A program made the translations under genes and the position numbers. Source: Macrostomum hystrix (lineage: Eukaryota; Animalia; Platyhelminthes). Taken from it: DNA of 64,000 nucleotides. Shown here one piece after another: positions 14,101 to 26,200 of this stretch (position 1 is the stretch's first letter; each line of letters starts with the position of its first letter). Below the pieces are notes generated by a model. That model was given only the letters and a program-made list of their open reading frames with translations. It ran no database searches and was not told where the DNA came from. Location: contig CATNEN010000001.1 in the NCBI GenBank assembly GCA_950097015.1, positions 3,720,001 to 3,784,000 on the forward strand, given 5' to 3'.

Positions 14101-17100
14101 GGAGCCGTGCCGCGGCGCGCCAATCATCAAGTCGGGATAGCCGTTGCCGTCGAAATCGGCGCCTCGCGACAGCGACTCGCCAAATCCGTTGGCGACGGTG
14201 TTGGCCAGAGTCTGGGAGTGCCGCGGTCGGCCATCCTTGCCTCCGTGGTAGATTAAAACTGCGCCGCCGCCTTTAGTCAACGGTGCGCCAACGGCGAAGT
14301 CGGCATAGCCGTCTAAATCAACGTCGCCGAGGCTGGCCAGACTCCAGCCGAACAGAAGCTCGCTGGCTATCGAAGCGTCGCAGATCGCTGACTCCGGACT
14401 GCCCGGAGACACCGAGGCGCAGGTTGGAAATTCCAAACGATGATCAGCTGAACTTGGTATGTACTGCAAGGCGTGAGGTGGGCCTTTTTAGACTTCTACG
14501 ATCCAATTTCCTCGGTCTAGATTTGAGATAGATAGGAAGATTGTGTACGTTTAAGAAATATTGGAGTGAGGTGGGTTGAAAGTACTGGAAGCTCGTGTAC
14601 GTTTTGGAGGGTATGGTAGGAGGTTGGGTTAAAAGGACGGGGGTTTGTACGTTTCAAGGGTTGTGGAGTGAGGTGGGTTGAGAGGACGTGGAGGCTTGTG
14701 TACGCTGGGGGTTGTGGAGTGAGGTGGGTTGAGAGGACGAGGAGGCTTCTGTACGCTGGGGGTTGTGGAGTGAGGTGGGTTGAAAGGACGGTAGGCTTGT
14801 GTACGATTTGGAGGGCGTGGAAGGAGGTTGGGTTGAAAGGACGGGAGGCTTTTGTACGTTTAAGGGGTTGTGGAGTGAGGTGGGTTGAGAGGACATGGAG
14901 GCCTGTGTACGCTGGGGGTTGTGGAGTGAGGTGGGTTGAGAGGACATGGAGGCCTGTGTACGCTGGGGGTTGTGGAGTGAGGTGGGTTGAGAGGACATGG
15001 AGGCCTGTGTACGCTGGGGGGTTGTGGAGTGAGGTGGGTTGAGAGGACATAGAGGCCTGTGTACGCTGGGGGTTGTGGAGTGAGGTGGGTTGAAAGGACG
15101 GTAGGCTTGTGTACGTTTTGGAGGGCGTGGAAGGAGGTTGGATTAAAAGGACTGGAATGCTTGTGTACATAATGTTGTGCGATGATTTGGCTGTGCGGCA
15201 AGATATGTAAACTAAATCAAAACACTAACTTGAGAAAATGTGCAAAATTTGCTTTTTTCTAAAGGCAAATCAGTCGCTTCAGTTGTCAAGCTTGGCATCT
15301 ATCTTTCTTAATAATTTGAGCACATTTCAGCTAGAACCTGACATTTTTACACTATAGTCTATAAACTACCGAAAAATCAAATCAAGTAACCTAGAAGTTA
15401 TCTAGAAATTCATGCTACACATCCTTAAAATACGAACTACAGGCAAAATTCAGTGCAGTCACAATGCAGCCGGATAGACCAGCAGGGAATAATAGTGACA
15501 AAAAATAGAAATTTCTACTGTTGTGCCACCGAATTCCAAAAAATCTGTCTGAGGAGCTGCTGTGTAAAATTTGCGTGCAAAAAAAGAATTTTTTAGAAAA
15601 TGAAATTTTTTACGATGACCGTCAAAAGCTGTGGAATATTAGGGTTTTACATTAAAGATAGAAATGAGCATTGTTCAATGTGCATTGTATTAGGACTGTT
15701 GTTTTTATAAATGTGCAAATGCACTGGAGAAACAATATTAAAAGATAAGAGCACAAATGGCTGCTAGCTACTAGATTGCTATGAGTATGACTGTAAACAC
15801 CTAGAGGCTTTTATAAGCAGACCTTGGTACTAGCTTGCTAAATTTGAGTCTAAGCTCAACTAGCTATTTAGGAAATGATGAGTGGAATGAGGTGAAGATA
15901 AAAGCGAGACAGAAATAGAACTGTAATGTGCGTCTTTGTCTTCTGCACCACTGCAGACTTGCTTTCAAGCCAAGTGTGTGCTCAAATTGTGCTCAAATTC
16001 TGGCCTAGAGACTGGAGTATAAGAAAGCCATTTTTATAATAAAGAAAAATCTGCTGCATTGTTCATTTCTGCACAAAGGGACCCCTGAACACACCCCAAC
16101 CTAGGGCTTAATGTCCATTTAAGGGGACTTGCACAGATTTCATACGGTAGCAGGCAAAAACTAAGAAAGTTACAGCTAACGCGAGTAATTAACGATTTTT
16201 TTAATATGGCAATTTACCTGGCTACTATATAAAAGTCAATTAAATTTGTTAGTTCAATGCTCTTCGAACAAAAATATTATTTTTAAAGCTACTGAAGTAT
16301 GTACTAAAAATGGGTCATCACAGTTACCGTAGCTTTTGTAGCCAAGCCAAGCTTTCTGAAGAAAATTTCTATTTTGCTACACCCTAACTAAATGAAATGA
16401 TGCATTTAGTAAATCTCGATCTAAACCAACTGCTAAGACGATGAGAACCACCAATTCTTGCTGCGATTCTAGCTACGATTCCAGCAGCGATTGCAGCTAC
16501 GGTTCTTACTGCGATTCCAGCTGCTATTCTTGCTGCGATTCCAGCTAGTATTCTTGCTGCGATTTCAGCTACTATTCTTGCTGCGATTCCAGCTGCCTTT
16601 CTTGCTGCGATTCTAGCTACTATTCTTGCTGCGATTCTAGCTATTATTCTTGCTGCGATTCCAGCTGCTATTCTTGCTGCGATTTCAGCTACTATTTTTG
16701 CTGCGATTCCAGCTACTATTCTTGCTGCGATTCCAGCTGCTTTTCTTGCTGCGATTCCAGCTACTATTCTTGCTGCGATTCCAGCTAGTATTCTTGCTGC
16801 GATTTCAGCTACTATTCTTGCTGCGATTTCAGCTGCTATTCTTGCTGCGATTCCAGATGCCATTCTTGCCGCGATTCCAGCTACTATTCTTGCTGCGATT
16901 CTAGCTAGTATTCTTGCTGTGATTCCAGCTGCCATTCTTGCTGCGATTCCGGCTACCATTCTTGCTGCGATTTCAGCTACTATTCTTGCTGCGATTCTAG
17001 CTAGTATTCTTGCCGCGATTCCAGCTGCCATTCTTGCTGCGATTTCAGCTACGGGTCCTACAATTCTCGCTGCAATTCTAGCTCCTAGTTCTGCTGCGAT

Positions 17101-20100
17101 TCCAGCTATGCCTGTATCATTGAATCCAGCAAGGAACCCCAATTCAATCCAACCTTCGGTTCCTGGGCTAATCCAATAAATCGTTGAGCTTAATGTGCAC
17201 TTACCCCACCACTCGGTCCCTTGTTGATGTACACAAACAATGTGCCGTGAGTGCGAGCTCCACCGCCACCGCCAGCGCCACCGCCGCCGCCGCCGCCGCC
17301 GCTGCCGCCGTCACTGCCGCCGCCCCCGCCGACAGTGCAAGGCGCTGAAACGATCAAATCGTCCCAACCATCCGCGTTCAAATCGATGGTCAGCAGCGCG
17401 TGTCCGAAACGTCCGGCAAACGATGGTCCGACCAGAGTGGCGCGAAGGTAGGAGTCGCCGAAACACCTGCGGCGCGGGCCGATTCAAATTTAATTGCATT
17501 AAAATGCGTTGCGAAAGCAATTAATTATACTCAAGGGAAGTCAGACGGTGAGGTCGGGAGTTCGAATCTCAGACAAAAATTAACAATTCGAATCATATAG
17601 CAAGGCACTAAATTCCTCAGGGCTTCCGTTCACCTAGTGGTTAGGTCGTCGGACTCAAGACTTTAAGGTCAGTGGTTCGATTCCCGTCTCCACTATAGCA
17701 GTTTGTGTCCTTTAGCAAGACACGTTACTATGCATTGCTTCAGTTCACCCAGCTGGAGTAATTCATGGTGTGGCGTCTCCCCAGTCCATGGACTGAACAG
17801 CCCTACGCAGCCTTCAGATGCGCCGCGCAATAGCTGCGGCTGTGCTGCCGGCTGCACGTAAATGGGTACCCCACACCAAACAGTTCATAGAATAAACTGA
17901 TATAATAATTGCAGGAGGGCTGCGGGGCAATGGTACATCATTTGGTGACACTAGACCCGCAGCCAGCGAGGATGCAATTCTGCCCATTCTGGTGACTCCT
18001 GAGCACACAAGCAACACAGATACCGTACGCAGGCACATGCTCACACAGGCGTGTTACATCTGCCCTGACTTTCTCGTCGTCAGGAAGTGTACATTCTCAC
18101 TGTGCCTTTGAAGTTGGCCCTCAAGGCCGTAAATTGCACGACAAGCCCCCAAGCCTTCTCTCCGTGTCGGCGCACGAAATGACTGTGGCCTCGCCGCGGA
18201 ATCGAGCTCAGAAACCTTTGTGCAAGAGGCAAACGCATTAACGCTCTGCCACTCAGCCACCACTAAACAGATGAGCACAGCCATTTTGTATCGCGCTATA
18301 ACAAAGACTTTGGCTCATATCTTATTATCAATATTCGACGCTAAATTACATGAAAATAGATTTAATCTAGATCTGCTCGTTGAGTAATTTTGTTTAAGCT
18401 TCAAAATCGGCACCTGATATTTTCGGTGGGGTCGCTGCCAGCCTCGTCACCGTGTCGGCGCCAGCAGATGCCACCGGGAGCGTCGTCTGCCGCGGTCACT
18501 CGGTAGAGTCTGACAACTCCGCCGCCGATAGCGCCGCCGCGCCAGGCCCCGCTTGCCTTCACGTAGTCGGCGATGAATTTTTCACTGAACGAGGCCGCCC
18601 GCAAACCGGACAGATCCGGCACACAGGGCGAGCCTTCGACTAAGTCGAAGCCGCCAACGCTGTCGCTCGGTGGTCCAAGGAGTTTAGAAGCAGTGGCCAC
18701 AGAGAAGCCGGAGCAGCCGTAGTTTAAAATGGACCTGCGAATCACCTCCTGCTGCATCTGGTGCGCGTGCCTGACCCGCAGGTCTGGCAGGAATCGCTCG
18801 AACTGACCCTCCTCCGATGCGTATTTCTGCTCCATATAGTTGCTCCTAAATCCGCCAACGTAGCTGTGGCCCCACATTAGCAGCGGATTAGTTGTGTGAT
18901 TCAAATCGCTGGCTGTGAAATCTGAGCTGTATAAAACACCTCCAAAGCCAAGCAGAAGATACGGAATGCCGAAAGCGTAGGCCGGGGCATTTGGCAGCGG
19001 AACCGCTGAATAGGCAAACAGCATTGGCGGCACAGGAGTTTTAAATTGGTCGAACAGCTGCGGCAGATAGGACACAGCTCCGTAGGTTGAATATTTGCCG
19101 GGCCTGCAAAGTTTATTAGATTTTCAATTAAGGTAAGGACAGGGGTTGGCTATCAGAGCGATTAACGCGTTTGCCTCTCGCACCAAGGTCCCTGAGCTCG
19201 ATTCCGCGGCGAGGCCGCATTCATTTGGGGCGCAGCCGCGGAGAGAAGGCTTGGAGGCTTGTCGTGAAATTTACGCCCTTGAGGTCGAACCTCCAAGGCA
19301 CAGTGAGAGTGTACACTGCTTGACGATGAGAAAGTCAGGGCAGATGTACACACCGGTGTGAGCGTGTGCCTGCGTACAGTATCTGTGTGCGTGTGTGCTC
19401 AGGAGTCAGCGAAATGGGCAGAATTGCCTCCTCGCTGGCTGGGGGTCTAGTGTCATCAATGATGTACCATAGTCCGCAGCCCTCCTGAAACAATTATTAT
19501 TAAGGTTAACAGCTATTTATTAAGAATAATGCCATTCTGCTAAGTCCTGAGCACTGACTCACACAGGGTGTGTAAATCTTTACATATCAACCCCCAAATG
19601 ACCGTTTAGTCTCACCTGAAGGCATAGCAGATGCCCATTCCTGCTACTTTGCTGGCCTGCCGAACCCGAGCTCTGGAATCGCACACGAGCAAACTTTCAT
19701 CTTTTGCCGCGATTCCATTGTCGTAGGTTGAGGCCACAGACAGGCCCAGATTGCCAATGTCCCAGGCTGGCGCACTCAGCTCTGAGATCAAGTTTGAGCC
19801 GCAGTTGCCTGTTTCGAGGTCGCACGAAAAGAAGCCGCCAAGAGATTCGGTAGCAACTGGCAGCGCATTTTTTGATCTAGGTGCGCCGACAATCAGCCTG
19901 TGGGATTTATAGCAAATTCAAATTTAGTCTTGTTCTTCCTAATTTCAAGATTTTATTCACTGAAAACTTTACTTTACCTTAACTTTAACTTTAAAAGCAA
20001 AGAATAATTTAGGTGCATTTTTTTCTAATTAATATCAAAATAAAAAAATAAGCCCGATATTTTTTCAAAAAATTGTTTTTACAACATTAAATATATATAT

Positions 20101-20514
20101 ATATAACGACTAAAATATCATTAGAAAGCAACAAATAGAAATAATTATTTTTTATTTATATATACTCGTATTGTGACTTTCATTTTTAGTTTTCTATTTC
20201 GCACATCTCTCAAAATTTTGTCAGTAAAAATTTAACACACTTTTAAGTGTTTTTTCAGCTGTTAAACTTTTACAAAAAAAACTAAAAACAGGTTCAGCAC
20301 CACAGGCTAGATCAGATCGATTTCTCCAGAATACTTACTTGACAGCTCCATTAATTCGTACCGGAGTCAAAGAATATCCAAAGCTTTCGTTTGCCTGACC
20401 ACGCAGGACATAAAAATAGCTATCAATGAAACTTTTTCCATGCAATTCAGTAATACAAAGCAAAGAAAAAACTGTAACACTTAACAATACTGACAACAAC
20501 AGTTCTTTGGACAT
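2128..20514 (-). CDS. Integrin alpha subunit, 13 exons: 20514-20339, 19897-19616, 19103-18414, 17466-17205, 14463-13958, 13192-13003, 12102-11929, 11315-11239, 10649-10469, 7191-7049, 4739-3950, 3414-3301, 2568-2128 (about 1341 aa)
   Basis: Signal peptide MSKELLLSVLLSVTVFSLLC. FG-GAP propeller motifs (SFGYS, LIVGAP, RFGHALLTIDLNADGWDDLIVSAP, FGWSLASLGDVDLDGYADFAVGAP, FGESLSRGADFDGNGYPDLMIGAP). Genu-like GCHDNYC, calf motifs EPAYGAYL and LIGNPI, basic cleavage-like RRHR, and a TM helix followed by FFKR. All junctions are GT-AG and phase-consistent; the exon sum of 4026 nt is divisible by 3. Confidence 0.93.
3478..3840 (-). mobile_element. tRNA-derived SINE, family A, copy 1
   Basis: Head gtggcagagcggttaacgcg...gagctcgattcc (A/B-box-like), about 360-bp body shared with two other copies, (TTA)n tail. 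Confidence 0.85.
4778..5582. repeat. 24-bp minisatellite (GAGTGACAGGCTGTGATTACTGTK), integrin intron 10
   Basis: Tandem copies. Confidence 0.95.
6262..6678. repeat. GA-rich microsatellite (GAGAGG/GAGAGT)n
   Basis: Simple repeat. Confidence 0.95.
7235..9242. repeat. Compound CT-rich arrays: 20-bp CTCACCCTCCATTCTCTCAT, then 26-bp TCTCACCCTCTCTCCTTTCTCTCTAA, integrin intron 9
   Basis: Tandem copies; the unit switches at about 8445. Confidence 0.95.
9815..10400. repeat. 34-bp minisatellite (ATCAATCTCTCACCTGTCTCTCCCTTCTCCCTTT), integrin intron 9
   Basis: Tandem copies. Confidence 0.9.
10725..11135. repeat. CT-rich minisatellite, about 34-36 bp, integrin intron 8
   Basis: Repeated CTCACCTCATTCTCTATCAATCTCTCATC. 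Confidence 0.9.
11600..11882. repeat. 22-bp minisatellite (GACTCTACCGACTCCACCTCCW), integrin intron 7
   Basis: Tandem copies. Confidence 0.9.
12410..12995. repeat. About 21-22-bp minisatellite (CTCGTGTCTAACAGGTATTAAA), integrin intron 6
   Basis: Tandem copies sharing the CGTGTCTAACA core with the 625-1565 array. Confidence 0.9.
13220..13885. repeat. 34-bp minisatellite (GATTCTTAGAAAATCCACTGTTTCACTGCAAGAA), integrin intron 5
   Basis: Tandem copies. Confidence 0.9.
14540..15170. repeat. 51-bp minisatellite, integrin intron 4
   Basis: Repeated GTGTACGCTGGGGGTTGTGGAGTGAGGTGGGTTGAGAGGACATGGAGGCCT. Confidence 0.9.
16452..17110. repeat. 24-bp minisatellite (ATTCTTGCTGCGATTCCAGCTACT), integrin intron 4
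   Basis: Tandem copies. Confidence 0.9.
17619..17885 (+). mobile_element. tRNA-derived SINE family B with CORE-like domain
   Basis: Head with tagtggttag...ggttcgattcc, followed by tgtgtcctttagcaagacacgttactatgcattgcttcagttcacccagctg. Shares cagtccatggactgaacagcc...gcaatagctgcggctgtgctg with the 29017-29310 copy. Confidence 0.8.
17900..18262 (-). mobile_element. SINE family A, copy 2 (integrin intron 3)
   Basis: Colinear with 3478-3840 and the reverse complement of 19138-19502. Confidence 0.85.
19138..19502 (+). mobile_element. SINE family A, copy 3 (integrin intron 2), inverted relative to copies 1 and 2
   Basis: Same head, body and ATTATTATTA tail on the plus strand. Confidence 0.85.
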
Positions 20515-23270
20515 TATAAAGACAAGTTCTATTATTTTGCTTCGGATTTAAAATTTTACCCACTTAAAAACTATTTAAACACCATCTATCGCTTCCACTT
20601 GACTACAAAAGCCACGTGGGTAAACTACGAGTACAACGGAAGACTTTTAATACGCTAAGTGAAAAAGAATCTGACATGTTAAACTGTATTATTAACCCAA
20701 CGCAAAACCTCAAAACATTAAAATTAATATATTGTAACTATTTCTATACAAAATGTTTTTTTGCTTTGTGAAACTACATAGAATTAGCGCATAAATAAGC
20801 GTAAATACGCATGAAACGTTTTTGTTTTGTTTTAAAAAAGAACATAACGGTTTAAATTGACTACAACTGCAGGTTATTTTTTAATTAAATAGCGCAATTT
20901 CCCATAAATGTAATAATGTATCTGTGTGTTAAAAGTGAAAATTAAAGCTATAACATAAAGCGATTTGCATCTGGCTTTTTATTTTCAAAGCAGATGGACT
21001 ACGCATGCATAGAGCTGGTAGCTTATAGTTGGCATTTTCGGTACATTGCTGAATGCATCCTGAACATTTAAGCTAAAAATAATAGTAAATGTTTGGACAT
21101 TTTCAGTTAAAACTGGGGAAAGTTGAGAATGACAGGTTGATTAAGGCAGGTTGCTTCTATTATATCGTACACGCATATAACAGCATGCGCATGCACCTCG
21201 CTGAAATTATATCGTTCTTCAGTGTAATAGTTTACTGGGGTCTCTACTAATTACGAATGACAGTTTGTCTTATGTTTCAGAGTTCTTAAACATAAATATA
21301 GTTGAGTTTTTTCTCCACTCGTCTAAATATATTTCGCCACTAATTGTATAAGAACACTACACAACGTATTTCGTTATATTATTACTTAATGGCGCAGATG
21401 CAATTTTGATTGACCACCAATCACAGTAAATGACCAATCAAAAGGACAATCCAAATCAGCACTGATAAAATGTTTTGGGTCAGGAAAGAATCGGCGAAAC
21501 ACAATCGATTCGATTGCTCAGAAGAATCGCTCGGCAGTTTTTTACTGCCACTATATTTATTATGAAAAAAAGAGGCAGAATTTCTCACAGATCACTGTAA
21601 ATTAACAAGGTCAAGGACACACTTTGCAATTATTTAGCGCATAAGAGAACAAAGCAGGATCAAATCAAAACAAAACAGGCAAATAAAGTTTTTTAAGACA
21701 CATACATTCAATGATAAACGAACCAATGCAGCAATCTAGGAGTAACAAACGTGGTGTTTGCTAGATGGATGCAAGTAAAGAAATTAAAAGGAAAAACATT
21801 GCTTCGTTTATATTAATTAACTGAAACAATTTAATAGGTTTTTTTGCAAGTCTAAAAAAGAGAAATTAAACAAAGAGGCGTTAAAAAACGTTATAAACAC
21901 GAACGCGTAAGAAAAATGTGCATACCTTGAATAAGACAATAATTGATTGTGCAATATAATAATCAGACACTAAGTATGCTTAAACAACTTTGACATGTAC
22001 TCAGTAATCTACAAATAATGAACTACGTATTCTCTTTCATCATCAAAAAACAGAATAGATTGGAATGACGTTTGCTTTGAAAGAGATTCTCACTACTACT
22101 GCTCACTAACGCAGCAGTAGTACGGTAACAGTAGTAAGCTGAAAACTACAGTTCCAATTAGAAACCAAATTCTTTACGCGTTATAAAAAAGCCGTAATTA
22201 AGTTACAATCGTCAATTAAAAGATGACTTACTATGTTATTGAAATCATAATAATTTACATTCGCATATAAATTAGCATTTTACTGAGTTATTGTCTACAA
22301 AGTCAAATAGCTGTACAAGGTCACAGAAGGCGCTAAATTGAATGCTCATTAAATTGGTAGACCAAAGCCTATATTTAAAGGTAACTAATTTAAATGTATA
22401 GTGGAGAAATAACAGTTCTATGTAAATAAACTGTTCTAATGGAGAATTAATATCAGGCACCAATTACCAACTGATATGTATTGAAAAGTATTTTTACTTT
22501 CTTTAAATACATTTACTTAGCATGCCATCCCAAATGATTGACAGGATTAGTCCTTCACATTCGGGAAATTTTAGGGATCTTTTAGCTAAAAAAATCGCTT
22601 AACAGACGTTTCTAGCTTTCGTAAATTTTCCGGCTTTATCGTATTTTCCGGCTTTACGTTGATATTTGAAATGAACAATTCACAACTGAAATTGCTAATA
22701 GAGAGAAGTTTAATTTTACTGTAGTAAAGTAAATTTTCCTAAACCGTTAATTGCTTAACAAAACTGAAGATTTTAGTGGTAACGGCAATTATATCAGAAA
22801 TAGTCATGAACTAGGGTGAGAGGGTATAGTGAAGAAAACTGTTTTCCATGAAACGTAACATTCAAGTACTTTTGAAATAAATTGTGTTTCCATTATTACT
22901 AGAAATTGTCTCAAAGCATCTTCAAGCTTAAATATACTTTTTTCAACCAATTACATTAAAAATATACATTAATACATAAAGACTTTGTCAAACAATCAGA
23001 CAAAAGAACTCGTTTTAGTAAGTTTTGTGCAGAATAGTTTAGTGAGCAAGAATTCAAAGAAGTTAAGTAGACGGTTAAAGAAACTGCTTTAACCGTTTAA
23101 ATTCGGCATCAATAAAATAAAACAATTGAATTTAACAATTATATTACATAATCGAAGTCTAGAACAAGTCGATTAACAGACAGAGAGAACGCGAGTGACG
23201 CTGAATGGAAGAGGGCCGTTTGCCATTAATAAAAAACACATACAGATCGCAATGCACTTCACCTCCCTTA

Positions 23271-26200
23271 TCAGGAGGCTCTGTGGCCTGAGTGATGACG
23301 CGTCGAAGCGCCATTGGCCGGCTTGTGGGCCACTTCCTCTGCGTCCTGATCCTGATCGTCGTCAGCTTCGTCGTCGTCGCAATCGTCGCCGTAGTCGTCA
23401 TAATCGTCGTAGTGATAATCGTAGACATGCTGATCATCGTCTGGTTGACCAGAGACCTGCCTGACAACAACGTAGTCTTCGACGCGGGTTGGCACAATGA
23501 TACCGTCCGCGTCGGCATCTCTGCGGGTGCTCTCCACCTGCTTGCTGCACGTTGGTTTGGGATGGGTTCTGATTGGCTACGATTGTGCGGTAACTTTTCA
23601 TTGGCTACTGATTTGGAGTGGCTTCTGATTGGCTATGGGTTTAATATGTATTCTGATGAGCTATGACTTTCAAATGTGTTCTGATTGGATACTTCATTGT
23701 GTGGTCTCTGATTGGCTACTGCCTGGTGTGGGTTCTGATTGGCTACTGCTTGGTGTGGGTTCTGATTGGCATAGGTTCTGATTGGCTACTGCTAGGCGTG
23801 GGTGTCTAAATTTTGAACAAAACAGGTTGAGGAAGATTTGATTAGCATGTTTTAGCGGGTATGATAAGTGTTTAAACTTTCTTAGAATTCAATTTTGATA
23901 GCACTTACGCAACAATCTTAACATAGTCGTCGCTCTTGTTCTCCTTCCATTTACGAAACATCACCGAGGCGTCAACGTTTGCCGGGGATGAAGTGTTAGG
24001 CTCGTTGAGGAGCGAGATCACACTGAGTAGTATGGTGCGCACATTCTGCGTGGGATTCCAGCGCTCAGAGGGCAGCTCTCCGCTGGCTGGATCGTCTCCG
24101 GGCGGATGCAGAATCGAGATGCACACCTTGCCATCCTGGGAGTATGAGGGAACAGGGAGTGTCATTTCTGCACTGAATCCGAATCCTCTGAATCTGAATC
24201 CTCTTCCCCTAATCCCATAGCGGGATGCCTGAATCCTCTTCCACTAATCCCATAGCTGGATGTCTAAATCCTCTACCACTAATCCTATAGCGGGATGTCT
24301 GAATACTCTTCCCTTAATCCCATATCTGGATGTCTAAATCCTCTACCACTAATCCCATAGCGGGATGCCTGAATCCTCTTCCCCTAATCCCATAGCGGGA
24401 TGCCTGAATCCTCTTCCCCTAATCCCATAGCGGGATGCCTGAATCCTCTTCCACTAATCCCATAGCTGGATGTCTGAATACTCTTCCCTTAATCCCATAT
24501 CTGGATGTCTAAATCCTCTACCACTAATCCTATAGCGGGATGTCTGAATCGTCTTCCCCTAATCCCATAGCGGGATTTCTGAATCCCCTTCCACTAATCC
24601 CATAGCTGGATGTCTAAATCCTCTACCACTAATCCCTCAGTGAGATATCTGAATCCTCTTCCCTTAATCCCTTAGTGAGAGATATCTGAATCCTCTTCCC
24701 CTAATCCCTTAGTGAGAGATATCTGAATCCTCTTGGCCTAATCCCTTAGTGAGAGATATCTGAATCCTCTTCCCCTAATCCCTTAGTGAGAGATATCTGA
24801 ATCCTCTTGGCCTAATCCCTTAGTGAGAGATATCTGAATCCTCTTGGCCTAATCCCTTAGTGAGAGATATCTGAATCCTCTTCCCCTAATCCCTTAGTGA
24901 GAGATATCTGAATCCTCTTCCCCTAATCCCTTAGTGAGAGATATCTGAATCCTCTTGGCCTAATCCCTTAGTGAGAGATATCTGAATCCTCTTGGCCTAA
25001 TCCCTTAGTGAGAGATATCTGAATCCTCTTCCCCTAATCCCTTAGTGAGAGATATCTGAATCCTCTTCCCCTAATCCCTTAGTGAGTTATCTGAATCGTA
25101 TTTTCCTATTCCCATTTGGGGATGTCTGAATCCTCTTCCGCTAATCCATTAGTGAGATATCTGAATCCTTTTCCGCTATTCCCATAGTAGGATGTCTGTA
25201 TCATTTTAGTGGGATTATTATATCATCTTCCCTTAAACTATCATTAGAATGCCCCTATCATTTTCTGTCAAGTCCAACCTATGAATGTAAAACTGGTAAA
25301 ATAGATTAGCAAAACTTTATATAGCAAAATCAAAGAATCATACAAGTACTCACATCATAGATGTTTGGATGAAACATCTTAGAAACGAATGAAATTGATG
25401 GAGGCGAATATGGATAATCTGATGGAAACACCATTGAGGCCTGAAATGAAAAATATAATATAAATAAATTGAATGTGAATTTAATTTGTACTTATTTGTT
25501 GACTACATTTTATAGAGATATGCTAGAGTTAGACTATCAATTTAATACATTTTAGTCATGGAATAACCCAACAAATACATAACAGCCTGTGCTCACCCAG
25601 GATTTTTTTAGTGATTAAAAATTATACTTTTAGAAGTATGAAAAGTAGTTTTTCATTATATGTTTTTATTATAGAATCAATATAAAAAGCACTAGCTACT
25701 TATGGAAGAGGCGAAAAAATGCAAATCTTAAAAATACTCAAGAAAATTAATAATTTTCTGTTTTTATCTGGCTATATTAACAAAAAACTTACTAAAGCAA
25801 AGTTCAAATATAAATATATACCCTAAATGACAAATTATTTTCCTCCAAATTTACTAAAACTAAATTAAATACAGTACCCAAGTCAGAGTGCTATATTAAA
25901 ACCTTTGGAAAACTTGTTACAAAAAGCTATTGATGTGGATTCTAGGTTTCATTGTCAAAATAATTATATTACTTAGCACCTTGTGTAAAAACTAGTTACC
26001 AAAAATCTGGGTCCTTTTGGCATCCATAATATTTGCTTATGCTGAATTAACTTTTTTTCTAAAAATATTTTTTACTTGTTGAATTTTTATGGTCACTACA
26101 CATTTGAAATATTTTTCAATACACATGAGCTAAGGCAAAACAAGCAATTGATATCTAGCCTAAATTAAAAAAAAAATAAATTCAGAGTTGAAATTCATGA

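Noticed and set aside
16118-16400. Possible TTAA-GG transposon end (Kolobok/piggyBac-like)
   Set aside because: No matching inverted end or second copy was found in the window.
17619-17695. tRNA gene
   Set aside because: It has A/B boxes but no convincing cloverleaf and continues into a repeated SINE body. The tRNA-like fragments near 3200-3270 and 32460-32500 are also SINE debris.
19318-19340. Hammerhead-like CUGAnGA...GAAA in SINE A
   Set aside because: There is no stem II between the motifs and no properly placed stem III or cleavage triplet; the bases pair as a simple hairpin. Other CTGATGA hits (6748, 23653, 27209, the 36-38 kb array) also lack the fold.
23292-23666. Hydrophobic plus-strand 124-aa ORF
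   Set aside because: It is the antisense shadow of the acidic (GAC/GAT-rich) UBE2R tail.
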